Part shown: in pieces, positions 28,616 through 37,176 of the stretch
Layout of the letters: each line of letters opens with the position of its first letter
Position numbering within the stretch: the first letter of the stretch is position 1
Sequence record: MN159079.1
Direction: 5' to 3' (one strand)
Length of the DNA: 64,000 bases
Made by a program: the position numbers and the translations under genes
The notes under the pieces: model-generated
What the model was told of the DNA's origin: nothing
The model's input: only the letters and a program-made list of their open reading frames with translations
Database searches by the model: none

Positions 28616-30595
28616 ATGGAAGTTATGCAAGAACTGACCAAATTGGAGGCGTTGATCGCATACCACGATCACATGTTCTTCGAAGAGGATCGACCCATCA
28701 TCTCTGATAGTTCGTACGACTTGTTAGTAGCTCGTCGTAAAGAGTTGATGGAAAAGGTACCCGATTATAAACCAGGTCACGTACCTGGTTTTGTTCAATC
28801 CACCAGTCTCCTTCAGACCGTTAAGTTCCATGAACCGATGCTGTCTGTCGATAAACACAAAACAGGAGAGAGTATCAAGGCTTGGGCTGCTAAACAGTTA
28901 GCACCACTTGGGTTCAGTGATGAAGAGAAGTTGGATGGAGTGGCACTCAGGGCTATCTATGAATATGGAGTCATAACCGATCTCCATCTTCGTGGTGATG
29001 GTGAGGGCACTTCCGTTATCCACCGTCTCCCGATCATGACTGATATCCAAACGGTGATATCGGAGTTCATGACGGAACCCAGGGTAGAGGTGACTGGTGA
29101 AGCATACGTTACCTTTAAAGATCTGAATGAATACGCCGATCAATGGAATATTGAAAGCGCCGAGTCCAGGTCAACTGTTAACGGCATGTTGAAGCGTTTG
29201 GTACCTGAAGAATCTGATACCCTCCCGATCAGGTTCAAAGCGTTCCATGCTAGTGAAAACATCCGGTCCAAGTTCAAAAGTTATCTTGAACTTAGGGAGT
29301 ATCTCAAGTCGGTTGGATTCGACGTTCCTGTTCTCATCTCGGAAGAGGAAATAGAGTCCATGTTTGACATGACTCGTAAACCGGTCGGTGAGTATGCCAT
29401 TGACGGGATCGTTCGTAAGAACAATGACCTCTCCCAGTGGAATGACCGTCACATGTCTGGTTACTGGACGTATGCCGCTTGTTACAAGTACCCCACCAAC
29501 ATTTCACAGACGACTCTGTTGGACGTGATTTGGAGTATCAACACAAAAGGGTACCTGGAGGGAACGGTGTTGTACGAACCGGTCAAGTATGATGGTTCTA
29601 TCATCCAACGTGCTCGTTTCAATTACCCTGAACAGTACATCGCTGCTGGTCTGGCTAAAGGGTCCATTATCGAAGTAACCAAGGCCAACGAGATCATTCC
29701 TTATATGGTGGGGATGTTGAATGCTGGCGATGGAGAAAAGATCAAGTATCCAGAACACTGTCCGATCTGTGAAGACCTGGTGGAACGTGAAGCACCGGCA
29801 ATGTACCGTTGCGTAAACGAGAACTGCCCTGGGGCGTTCCTGACCAGAGCTGAGCGGTTGGTATCTCCCAAGGGTCTGAACGTCGCCAGTTTAGGTCCCA
29901 AGCGACTCCTGAGATTGATCGACAGTGGTTACTTCAATGAACCCGCTGATCTTTTCAATCTGAAACATCATCATTTCGATAATCTCCAGTTTGATAATGG
30001 GGTTGCCGATAAGGTGATACGTAGTCTGGAGAAGGCTAAAGGGATCGGTCTGAACAACTGGCTCTATGCAGCCTGCATACCGGAACTTGGTTTCACCAGG
30101 GCGACAGAACTGGCTAACCAGTTTGGCAAGCGTTATACCAAACTCGACAACTTCATGGAGACCATGCAGAACGGTGAATATCTCCGTTCGCTGTTCAACA
30201 GTAAAGATGGTTTGGTTATGGCTGCTTGGGTCGAAAAGAACCATGATGAACTTTACAACTTCCTGGACAAGTATGACTGGGACTCCTGTAAGGTTCAAGA
30301 CGGTGACTTGGTACCTATTGGGATCACCGGCTCGTGGAACTACACTCGTGATGAGATGAAGGCTCTGTTGGCCGAGGAAGGTTTCTTCCTGGATTCCATT
30401 TCCAAGGGTGTCAAGGCAGTCCTCGTGGGTGAGAAACCATCACCTTCAAAAGTAAAGAAAGTTGAAAAGTGGAATATCCCACTTATCAAACTCGACAAAC
30501 TCATGACCTTCGATATGTTGATCGCAATCCTCAAAGGCGAAGGAAACGTCACATCCTGGTCACCATCCTCAAAAGTAAAAGGAAACACTATATGA
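28616..30595 (+). CDS. ligA: NAD+-dependent DNA ligase
   Basis: Domain Ia (YHDHMFF..D.PIISD..YD), EEKLDG adenylation motif, RGDG.G, IDGIV, KYP, OB domain (KANEIIP), Zn finger CPIC...CVNENC, HhH motifs (LGPK, IPELGFTRA) and C-terminal BRCT. Confidence 0.95.
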   Translation: MEVMQELTKLEALIAYHDHMFFEEDRPIISDSSYDLLVARRKELMEKVPDYKPGHVPGFVQSTSLLQTVKFHEPMLSVDKHKTGESIKAWAAKQLAPLGFSDEEKLDGVALRAIYEYGVITDLHLRGDGEGTSVIHRLPIMTDIQTVISEFMTEPRVEVTGEAYVTFKDLNEYADQWNIESAESRSTVNGMLKRLVPEESDTLPIRFKAFHASENIRSKFKSYLELREYLKSVGFDVPVLISEEEIESMFDMTRKPVGEYAIDGIVRKNNDLSQWNDRHMSGYWTYAACYKYPTNISQTTLLDVIWSINTKGYLEGTVLYEPVKYDGSIIQRARFNYPEQYIAAGLAKGSIIEVTKANEIIPYMVGMLNAGDGEKIKYPEHCPICEDLVEREAPAMYRCVNENCPGAFLTRAERLVSPKGLNVASLGPKRLLRLIDSGYFNEPADLFNLKHHHFDNLQFDNGVADKVIRSLEKAKGIGLNNWLYAACIPELGFTRATELANQFGKRYTKLDNFMETMQNGEYLRSLFNSKDGLVMAAWVEKNHDELYNFLDKYDWDSCKVQDGDLVPIGITGSWNYTRDEMKALLAEEGFFLDSISKGVKAVLVGEKPSPSKVKKVEKWNIPLIKLDKLMTFDMLIAILKGEGNVTSWSPSSKVKGNTI

Positions 30596-30906
30596 ACACT
30601 GCAATCAAACTGGTCATCTCCCTGTCCACCCGTAACAAAGACGTCTGCGACAAGATCGCAGACCTTCTCACTCTGGAAGGCGTCATGCACGCAGAAGTGG
30701 TGACTAGCCGTTCCGTGCAGTTCGTCACCTTCCAACCCGGCGCCACTGTGAACACCGGTCACATCGATTCCCGACTCGCGGAGATCGACGTATCCGTCCT
30801 CGGTACCATGCGCGATCAACAAGGCGACTTCCACGTACTCTGCAAAGTCGGGAAAGGATCTATCGATCTCTCCCAACAGAGCAAACTCGCGAAGGGTCTC
30901 TTCTAA
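30592..30906 (+). CDS. Hypothetical protein, 104 aa
   Basis: Start re-called to ATG 30592 (ATGA overlap with the ligA stop; SD AAGGA). Confidence 0.65.
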   Translation: MNTAIKLVISLSTRNKDVCDKIADLLTLEGVMHAEVVTSRSVQFVTFQPGATVNTGHIDSRLAEIDVSVLGTMRDQQGDFHVLCKVGKGSIDLSQQSKLAKGLF

Positions 30907-30915
30907 GGAGTTAAG

Positions 30916-31191
30916 ATGTTTGAAGGTCGTGCTATTAATGTCATTATCTCGTTTGCAAGCCAGGGTGCTTACACTGAGAAGATGATTGAAATGGCCGCCG
31001 GTAAGTTGGTAGTGCCAGGTGAGGTTCATCTGGCACATGCCGACAAGATGGGTGTACGCTATCTCTGTGTATCCCAGCGCCGTGCGGAACGTTTCGCAAA
31101 AGAGATTGGTAAGGATTGTGGTTTCGCCAAAATCATCACCCGTACCACCGATAAACAAGAAAACATCATCCTGATGGGAGTCCCCTCATGA
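30916..31191 (+). CDS. Hypothetical protein, 91 aa
   Basis: SD AAGGAG; tight packing. Confidence 0.65.
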   Translation: MFEGRAINVIISFASQGAYTEKMIEMAAGKLVVPGEVHLAHADKMGVRYLCVSQRRAERFAKEIGKDCGFAKIITRTTDKQENIILMGVPS

Positions 31192-31532
31192 AGAATCCGT
31201 TTGACGTGTCAACTCCTGAATATCACATCCTGGGTCGTCACCATGTGGCCACCATTTCTCAAACCTACAGTTGTGCACCGAAAGTCCTGGGTGTTGAGCT
31301 CGGTGAAAACCGTGGTGTGAAGGAATGCAAGGAACTCTGGGCTCAAGGTAAACTCCAAGAGTTTATCGGGGAAACTACCGGAGATATCATGAGATATCGT
31401 GAAATACTCCGCACCGGAGCGAAGCGGGATGACCTCTTCAAATTCCTCGATACAGGGAACGAGAAACCACTCCCGGTCGGTTCACTCGGTCTTGCTGGCT
31501 GGGAAAACTTCGTAAGTCAAGAAATCCATTAA
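31188..31532 (+). CDS. Hypothetical protein, 114 aa
   Basis: ATGA overlap with the upstream gene; SD GGGAG. Confidence 0.65.
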   Translation: MKNPFDVSTPEYHILGRHHVATISQTYSCAPKVLGVELGENRGVKECKELWAQGKLQEFIGETTGDIMRYREILRTGAKRDDLFKFLDTGNEKPLPVGSLGLAGWENFVSQEIH

Positions 31533-31537
31533 TACAA

Positions 31538-31570
31538 GAGTTAGCAGGGTCGTCCTGCTAACTCCTCTTT
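31538..31570 (+). terminator. Intrinsic terminator
   Basis: GAGTTAGCAGG-GTCGT-CCTGCTAACTC followed by CTCTTT. Confidence 0.75.
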
Positions 31571-31588
31571 ACTATATAAGGAAACGAT

Positions 31589-32290
31589 ATGAACGCCATT
31601 GTAATGAAAACTAACTCCTTGGACGGCAACAAAGTGGTTACTCTCCCGGCTATGTCCGACTACCTCACTATCGCCCGTCATCTCTATCCCAACGCAGAGA
31701 TGTTCAATCTGTACCACTGTGTGCATATCGAACTCAAAGAAGCACTCAACGCACTTTTTGACCTGGGGATGGCTTCAGTGATCATTAACGACCACTTCAT
31801 CACCGCTACCATGGATGACCGCGGGGTGGTTCGTTGGTCAATTGACAACATCACCTATGTTACCGGCGATCTCTTCCCCGAAGAAGATGATTACAAGAAC
31901 CTGGAGAACAACGCATCCCAGGCTTGGAGTCGTGTGTTCACGGCCTGGATGTGCGAAGAACATGCCGAAAAAGACTTCGTGGAGTTGATCTCTCATTTTG
32001 GTGGTGTCAAGATGGAGAATTATGTTCCGGATGTTAACCTGAACACACTGTACAGTGAAGTACTCTTTGCAGTGATACGTTCCGAGAAGTCTGGTGCTAC
32101 TGAGCTGTCTCTTCCTGTCCGACTCCACAATGCAGAAATCCTTGCAGAGTTGTCCAATATCGACAACACCGGGTTTGTCTTCAAGGTCTCTCATCCGATG
32201 ATGGGGTTCCGGACAATTGTCAATATGGGTGGGATGTTCCCGTCCATCGAGAACATGAACGCATACTGTAAATCCAGCGAAACCTTTTAA
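31589..32290 (+). CDS. Hypothetical protein, 233 aa
   Basis: SD AAGGA; full ORF. Confidence 0.65.
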   Translation: MNAIVMKTNSLDGNKVVTLPAMSDYLTIARHLYPNAEMFNLYHCVHIELKEALNALFDLGMASVIINDHFITATMDDRGVVRWSIDNITYVTGDLFPEEDDYKNLENNASQAWSRVFTAWMCEEHAEKDFVELISHFGGVKMENYVPDVNLNTLYSEVLFAVIRSEKSGATELSLPVRLHNAEILAELSNIDNTGFVFKVSHPMMGFRTIVNMGGMFPSIENMNAYCKSSETF

Positions 32291-32300
32291 GGAGAATAAC

Positions 32301-32915
32301 ATGAACTTCAACATTACTGACAAGTGCTTCAAAACAGACACCTCTGAAGTCCGTCATATCGTTCTGGAAGCTGACACTGAGGTCCTGGTTATCGACATGG
32401 TCAAGCCTGTCGATAAACGCCGCCATCCGTCCCATATCCCCGTCGATGTCACCGTAAGCGACCATTACGGAAAGGTACTGATGTCCTATCCCAGCCGGCT
32501 TCAGCTCGACTCAGCTCTTATCCAGATCTACACCGAGCTGGAGCTGAAAGTCAAACTCAAGTCCTGCAAAATAGAAGATCACGGAACCGTTCTGTTTTCA
32601 CTCTCGGAAATAGCGATGTGTTTCGGGACCACGCTTACCCCACATCTTCTCGATATGGAGCATGAGTGTGTTCTCCCCAACGGTCTGTATCTCGGTGAAA
32701 GTGAGGATCATCCGTATCGGATCACTGTCACCAGGAAACACTCTGCTGGTTATGCCGGTGACGTTATGACCACAATCAAGTCGGAATACACCGGGCTCGC
32801 TAACCAAGGAACTACGGTCCGGTCCTACACTCATGTGACCATTCCTACTGAAACCCCACTGACTACCGATGAGAAGTATTTCTCGAAACTCCTCGAGTAC
32901 ATCGGAATGAACTAA
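32301..32915 (+). CDS. Hypothetical protein, 204 aa
   Basis: SD AAGGAG. Confidence 0.65.
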   Translation: MNFNITDKCFKTDTSEVRHIVLEADTEVLVIDMVKPVDKRRHPSHIPVDVTVSDHYGKVLMSYPSRLQLDSALIQIYTELELKVKLKSCKIEDHGTVLFSLSEIAMCFGTTLTPHLLDMEHECVLPNGLYLGESEDHPYRITVTRKHSAGYAGDVMTTIKSEYTGLANQGTTVRSYTHVTIPTETPLTTDEKYFSKLLEYIGMN

Positions 32916-32972
32916 CACTACAGGGTGAATTACTTGTTAGGTAATTCACCTATCACCTTTCAGGAGATAGTA

Positions 32973-33368
32973 ATGATTGAACGCAAAGACCTCATGTTGG
33001 AAGCAGCAGATGAAATCATTGACCGCGGTTTGAGTGCGCCAGCGAATGTCAAGAAGTTTCGTGCGGGTCCTGAATGGAACCTCCACCTTCTGAATCATAA
33101 ACAGTCGCGATCCTTCGTCAAGATGTCAAAACGTCGTCGAAAGATCTTTCTGGCGACTCTGACCCACTTCAATCCGGCGACGGGTGAAATCGGCACGACT
33201 CGTTTCGGCAAGAAGAATGGTTGGGAGTGGATCCCTGTCACTCACACGTGTACCGATAAGCACGGGAAAGCTCTTGACAATCTTCTCCAGAAATGGGCCG
33301 ATCTGACATGTCAGGATGATCCTAAGCGTGTCTCCACGGGGATGTACAATGTTCCAGTTGCTAAGTGA
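32973..33368 (+). CDS. Hypothetical basic protein, 131 aa
   Basis: Start re-called to ATG 32973 (SD AGGAG); preceded by a hairpin at 32924-32950. Confidence 0.6.
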   Translation: MIERKDLMLEAADEIIDRGLSAPANVKKFRAGPEWNLHLLNHKQSRSFVKMSKRRRKIFLATLTHFNPATGEIGTTRFGKKNGWEWIPVTHTCTDKHGKALDNLLQKWADLTCQDDPKRVSTGMYNVPVAK

Positions 33369-33585
33369 CGAAGAAGTGAAAGGCAATCCCGGTCTGGATA
33401 TATTTCTGACCAGGGCCGATATCAACCCTGAACTCAGGAGAAACTTGGAGAAACGTATGGCGAAGCTCCAGTCGGTGAGTACTTACAATCCGAGTTTCTC
33501 TATCAGGGCTCCGCAACAACCCAATACCTTGTCAGATGGCGCGGAAATCGAGTTCACTGATCTACTCAAAACCATTAAGGAGTAA
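33349..33585 (+). CDS. Hypothetical protein, 78 aa
   Basis: Probable ATG 33349 overlapping the upstream stop; fills the gap between neighbours. Confidence 0.5.
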   Translation: MFQLLSDEEVKGNPGLDIFLTRADINPELRRNLEKRMAKLQSVSTYNPSFSIRAPQQPNTLSDGAEIEFTDLLKTIKE

Positions 33586-33592
33586 ACCGATT

Positions 33593-34228
33593 ATGTTTAA
33601 TTTTGCACAGAAACACGATATCGAAAAAGATACACTCGAGTTATTGGGTGACATCGATAATGGCAGCATGGTCGTACGTGTTAGCGACGCTGGTAAAGGT
33701 ACCTACGCCAGAACTATTACCATGGAGCTCACCAATCAGGGACAAACCTCTGAGGGGATGATCGAGAATCTTCAGCTGTTTCAGAACGACCTGGAAACCA
33801 TCCCGTTGATCCGCCGTCTCCATCACGGGATCAGTCTGGGTGTTTACTGGATCGGTGACGCTGAACTGCGTCAGGATATAATCCATGCTCTATCCGAGTG
33901 GTACCACAAACTCAATGGCGATCTGATCGTTGATGAGTACATTGAGGACAGCTGGGGTGAATACACTCCTCAGATTGAAATGGAATTGGAGTTCAACCGT
34001 TCCATTACCTTCCAGTTGGGCAACTTCGACGTAAGCGTAAAGCGTACTGGTGAAGAAGGTTTCATTAAGGATGTGGTCAAGGTCTCCATGACGAATGGCC
34101 AGGCCAGCATCTGTACTTCGATCGTCAAGGACTGGGGGAAAAACCCGGAAATTCCTTGTAAAGAACTCTATGTCTCCATAATTGAAGAACATTTCGGAGC
34201 TTTTAAAGTAGAACCTAAAGGAGAGTAA
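33593..34228 (+). CDS. Hypothetical protein, 211 aa
   Basis: SD AAGGAG before ATG 33593. Confidence 0.65.
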   Translation: MFNFAQKHDIEKDTLELLGDIDNGSMVVRVSDAGKGTYARTITMELTNQGQTSEGMIENLQLFQNDLETIPLIRRLHHGISLGVYWIGDAELRQDIIHALSEWYHKLNGDLIVDEYIEDSWGEYTPQIEMELEFNRSITFQLGNFDVSVKRTGEEGFIKDVVKVSMTNGQASICTSIVKDWGKNPEIPCKELYVSIIEEHFGAFKVEPKGE

Positions 34229-34231
34229 TTT

Positions 34232-34777
34232 TTGTCACCTGAACATCCCGAAGGCGACTACGCTTATACCGATGGATCATCTTTGGAGAACGCCAATCCA
34301 AATGGTGGTCCTGGTGGTGTTGGTGTACACGCCAGAATAAACGGGGAAATCAAAGAGTGGGGTATTGGCTACCACAAGACGACCAATAACCGTATGGAGA
34401 TACGGGCCGTTATCTTTATCCTCGAGCAATTTGAGGAACCTACAAAGATCACTGTGTTCACAGACTCCCAGTACACCATCGATGCAATCACGAAATGGAT
34501 TCATGGATGGAAACGGAACAACTGGATCACTGGCGCAGGTCTCCCTGTTAAGAACAAAGATCTCTTTGAGAAACTCGATGCACTCATGAAGCTCCATGAT
34601 GTGACGTTGTCCAAGGTAAAGGGTCACTCCGGTATTCCCGGTAATGAGGCGGCGGATAAACTCGCTGGTGATGCGGCCCGGGCACCTACTATGGATGACG
34701 AGGGTTTCATCCCTCCTAGCCAACAACCCAAACCACCTCCCGGTTACACACCCTGGTGGAAACAACGCAAAAAGTAA
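34232..34777 (+). CDS. rnhA: Ribonuclease HI
   Basis: YTDGS, TTNNRME, TDSQY, WI.GWK.N.W, VKNKDL and KVKGHSG..GNE.AD.LA: all RNase HI motifs. TTG start is probable. Confidence 0.95.
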   Translation: MSPEHPEGDYAYTDGSSLENANPNGGPGGVGVHARINGEIKEWGIGYHKTTNNRMEIRAVIFILEQFEEPTKITVFTDSQYTIDAITKWIHGWKRNNWITGAGLPVKNKDLFEKLDALMKLHDVTLSKVKGHSGIPGNEAADKLAGDAARAPTMDDEGFIPPSQQPKPPPGYTPWWKQRKK

Positions 34778-34868
34778 TTGGGAACTGGCTGACTGGACCG
34801 TTTGGTTCAGTCAGTCTTTCCTTATTTCTATTATTTTTTGTACGACTAACCGAACTAGAGGTAAATCT

Positions 34869-36434
34869 ATGTCAGTTTTGTTCTCTGCCTTCCCGGGTAC
34901 GGGGAAGAGCACGCTGTGCAAAGCAGCGGAAAATCATGGTCTCATTCGGTGTCATGTCACCAAGGATGAAACCGGTTCTATCATCGTCGACATTCCCAGT
35001 GTGGAATCCCCGGACACCAGTGTCTACCTTTACGATAGCGACAGTTCCAACTTCCCCAAAGACGGGTTTCCTGGTAACTACATCGAACACATCAAAGAAA
35101 CCCTGGGTCGTCACAAGCATGTGATCATGCTGCTGTCATCCCACGAGGAAGTGCGCTCAGCGCTCCGTGACAACGATCTGAACTACCAACTGGTATATCC
35201 GGGCCTGGATCTCAAGGAAGAGTACCTGGAGCGTTACAGAGAGCGTGGATCGCCTGAAGGGTTTATCAACCTGATGGAAACCCGTTGGGAAGAGTTTGTG
35301 GAGTCCTGCGGTGATAAGGACCCTTCCCCTGAACTGCGTAAACATCAGCTCTCTGCCGGACAAGGTCTCATCGATGTAGCCCAGCCGTTCATCGATACTG
35401 AACTCGCGAGTGTCGAGAAACCGACTCCCGCTACACCGGTTACCCTCCCGTCCAAACTGGAGTTGAAAGAACTCTTCGCTGCTGCTACCGCAGACTTGAT
35501 CGCTATCACCGAAAACAAAGATAGGTTGGTGCAAGAACAAGTCGATGGTCAGGAAGCCGCCGGTGACACTTTTGATGTCATCGCAGCGTATGCACGCGAT
35601 CAATACGGTGTGGAGATCACTCCGGATATCGCCGGTGTGGAATCCTTCATGGATCAGTTGAAGACTGTACTGAAGAAGGCTGGTGAATTCCTGAAGGGTC
35701 AACCTGATAAGCGCGATCTCGTTCAGATCAAGAAGTACATCAGTGAAGCCCAGAAAGCCATCAAGGTCTATAGCAGTTCTAGCTGGCTGGATAAGCAGGT
35801 GTTCAAGACAGAAATGATCTCGGTCCCTTCTATGCCTGGTGCGCTCAAAGTCATCACCAAACTGGAAGATGTCGATCAGATCGTTTCCCCTGTGATGTCA
35901 CAGATCGAAAAGGATTTCAACGTACAGAAGAAGTTCAGTGTCCAACAGCTCCCTGCTGGCCTGAAAGTCTTCCGCAAGTACGAAAATAAATCCCTCACCG
36001 AAGCTACACAAGCCGAAGCCGTGAAAGACATCGAAGCGATGTTCAAAGAACGTCCGGCCGGGCCAGATCTGGTTAAACTGGTGGCGCCTTTGATGGGTGA
36101 CCGAGTGGAAGGACGTACGCACCTTCATCCTCTCGATAAAGCTGGTGTCAAGAAAGCAGTGGGGTTCATTGAAACCTACTCTGGTTTCTGTTACCGTCTG
36201 GAAATGGAAGAACTGGAAGTCGCTGAGTCCGGGGTGTCGTTTGACGACTTGTGGGATTCGATATTCTGGTCTGACATTCACGACGAGGAACTGAACGCGG
36301 TTCGGAAACTCCTGAAGACCATCGAATGGGAAAACATCACTGACTCCATGGGAGCCATTAATGGCTCTTACGAGAAAGCGATACTTCCGATTCTCCAATT
36401 CCTCGAGAATTGGATTCTCTACTCTGTGGAGTAA
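34869..36434 (+). CDS. Fusion protein: N-terminal P-loop NTPase/kinase-like domain + C-terminal phiKZ-type internal head protein-like region, 521 aa
   Basis: Start re-called to ATG 34869 (SD GAGG). Contains SAFPGTGKS Walker A and DSDSS..F..NYIEHIK..SSHEEVR, then a Pro/Thr linker, G-x-E sites (GQE229, AGVE258-SF) and a helical body. Confidence 0.7.
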   Translation: MSVLFSAFPGTGKSTLCKAAENHGLIRCHVTKDETGSIIVDIPSVESPDTSVYLYDSDSSNFPKDGFPGNYIEHIKETLGRHKHVIMLLSSHEEVRSALRDNDLNYQLVYPGLDLKEEYLERYRERGSPEGFINLMETRWEEFVESCGDKDPSPELRKHQLSAGQGLIDVAQPFIDTELASVEKPTPATPVTLPSKLELKELFAAATADLIAITENKDRLVQEQVDGQEAAGDTFDVIAAYARDQYGVEITPDIAGVESFMDQLKTVLKKAGEFLKGQPDKRDLVQIKKYISEAQKAIKVYSSSSWLDKQVFKTEMISVPSMPGALKVITKLEDVDQIVSPVMSQIEKDFNVQKKFSVQQLPAGLKVFRKYENKSLTEATQAEAVKDIEAMFKERPAGPDLVKLVAPLMGDRVEGRTHLHPLDKAGVKKAVGFIETYSGFCYRLEMEELEVAESGVSFDDLWDSIFWSDIHDEELNAVRKLLKTIEWENITDSMGAINGSYEKAILPILQFLENWILYSVE

Positions 36435-36445
36435 AAAGATACGAC

Positions 36446-36488
36446 AAAAGGGATGGCTTGGGTAGACCCCAAGTCATCTCTTATTTTT
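36446..36488 (+). terminator. Intrinsic terminator
   Basis: AAGGGATGGCTTGGG-TAGA-CCCCAAGTCATCTCTT followed by ATTTTT. Confidence 0.7.
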
Positions 36489-36498
36489 GGGTTGTCAT

Positions 36499-36882
36499 AT
36501 GAAAACTGAAAACAAAGATGAACTGCTGATAAAACAGTTCATGGCTCGGAAGGCATTTAGCCCAACCGACATCATCGCCGATATACTCGGTCCTGCAAGC
36601 GTTTACTATCGGAAAATCACAAAACGGTTCGCTGAAGAAGTGGAAGCACTCAAGAAGGACCTGAAGCATGGTATCGTTCATGCCGATTTCCCCAAAGAGT
36701 TCTGTCCTGTCACGGGTGCACATGTGGAATACGTCTACATCGATCCCAGTGACGATCATGTTTATTTCTCACTGGCTAGCAATCGCCCTGCCTTTGAGAA
36801 TAAACTTCAGCACTTGCGTTTTTCTTACACCTACCTCCCTACACTCGCTAAGATTGAATTGGGTGTAAAACTCGCAGTGTGA
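36499..36882 (+). CDS. Hypothetical protein, 127 aa
   Basis: ORF from ATG 36499; weak SD. Confidence 0.5.
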   Translation: MKTENKDELLIKQFMARKAFSPTDIIADILGPASVYYRKITKRFAEEVEALKKDLKHGIVHADFPKEFCPVTGAHVEYVYIDPSDDHVYFSLASNRPAFENKLQHLRFSYTYLPTLAKIELGVKLAV

Positions 36883-36902
36883 TTTTAGACACGCTATAAA
36901 TG

Positions 36903-36926
36903 TTTGGATAGATATTATCATAGTGT
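36903..36926 (+). promoter_or_regulatory. Promoter-like motif copy 2
   Basis: TTTGGATAGATATTATCATAGTGT, intergenic. Confidence 0.7.
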
Positions 36927-36953
36927 CCAGACCAGATAAGTATGGGAGGATGT

Positions 36954-37121
36954 ATGATAAAATTTAGGATCTTTTGCGGTACATTATGGGAGTTAATCGT
37001 GAAAGAAACTAAGAACCATAAGCGTGGCGTTACAGCGGCAATCATCATCCTTCTTACCTGGGTTGGTGCTTACGCGACTGTGAAGTACCTGTTTAAAGCA
37101 GGTGAGCTTATGTTACCCTAG
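36954..37121 (+). CDS. Small single-TM protein, 55 aa (below the ORF-track cutoff)
   Basis: MIKFRIFCGTLWELIVKETKNHKRGVTAAIIILLTWVGAYATVKYLFKAGELMLP; SD GGAGGA; an alternative GTG start has its own GGAG. Confidence 0.6.
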   Translation: MIKFRIFCGTLWELIVKETKNHKRGVTAAIIILLTWVGAYATVKYLFKAGELMLP

Positions 37122-37176
37122 CCATCGGTAGTCTCACCGTTTGGTGAGACTACTACCTTTATGTTTGGAGTTTCTT

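Noticed and set aside
30434-30590. Short near-duplication (ACCATC..TCAAAAGTAAA) in the ligA 3' end
   Set aside because: Only ~11 bp are identical in A-rich sequence; compatible with chance or a trivial local duplication.
34644-34868. ORF-track N-terminal extension of the P-loop fusion overlapping rnhA
   Set aside because: The extension crosses the rnhA 3' end and an AT-rich intergenic stretch. ATG 34869 has a good SD and starts exactly at the P-loop domain.
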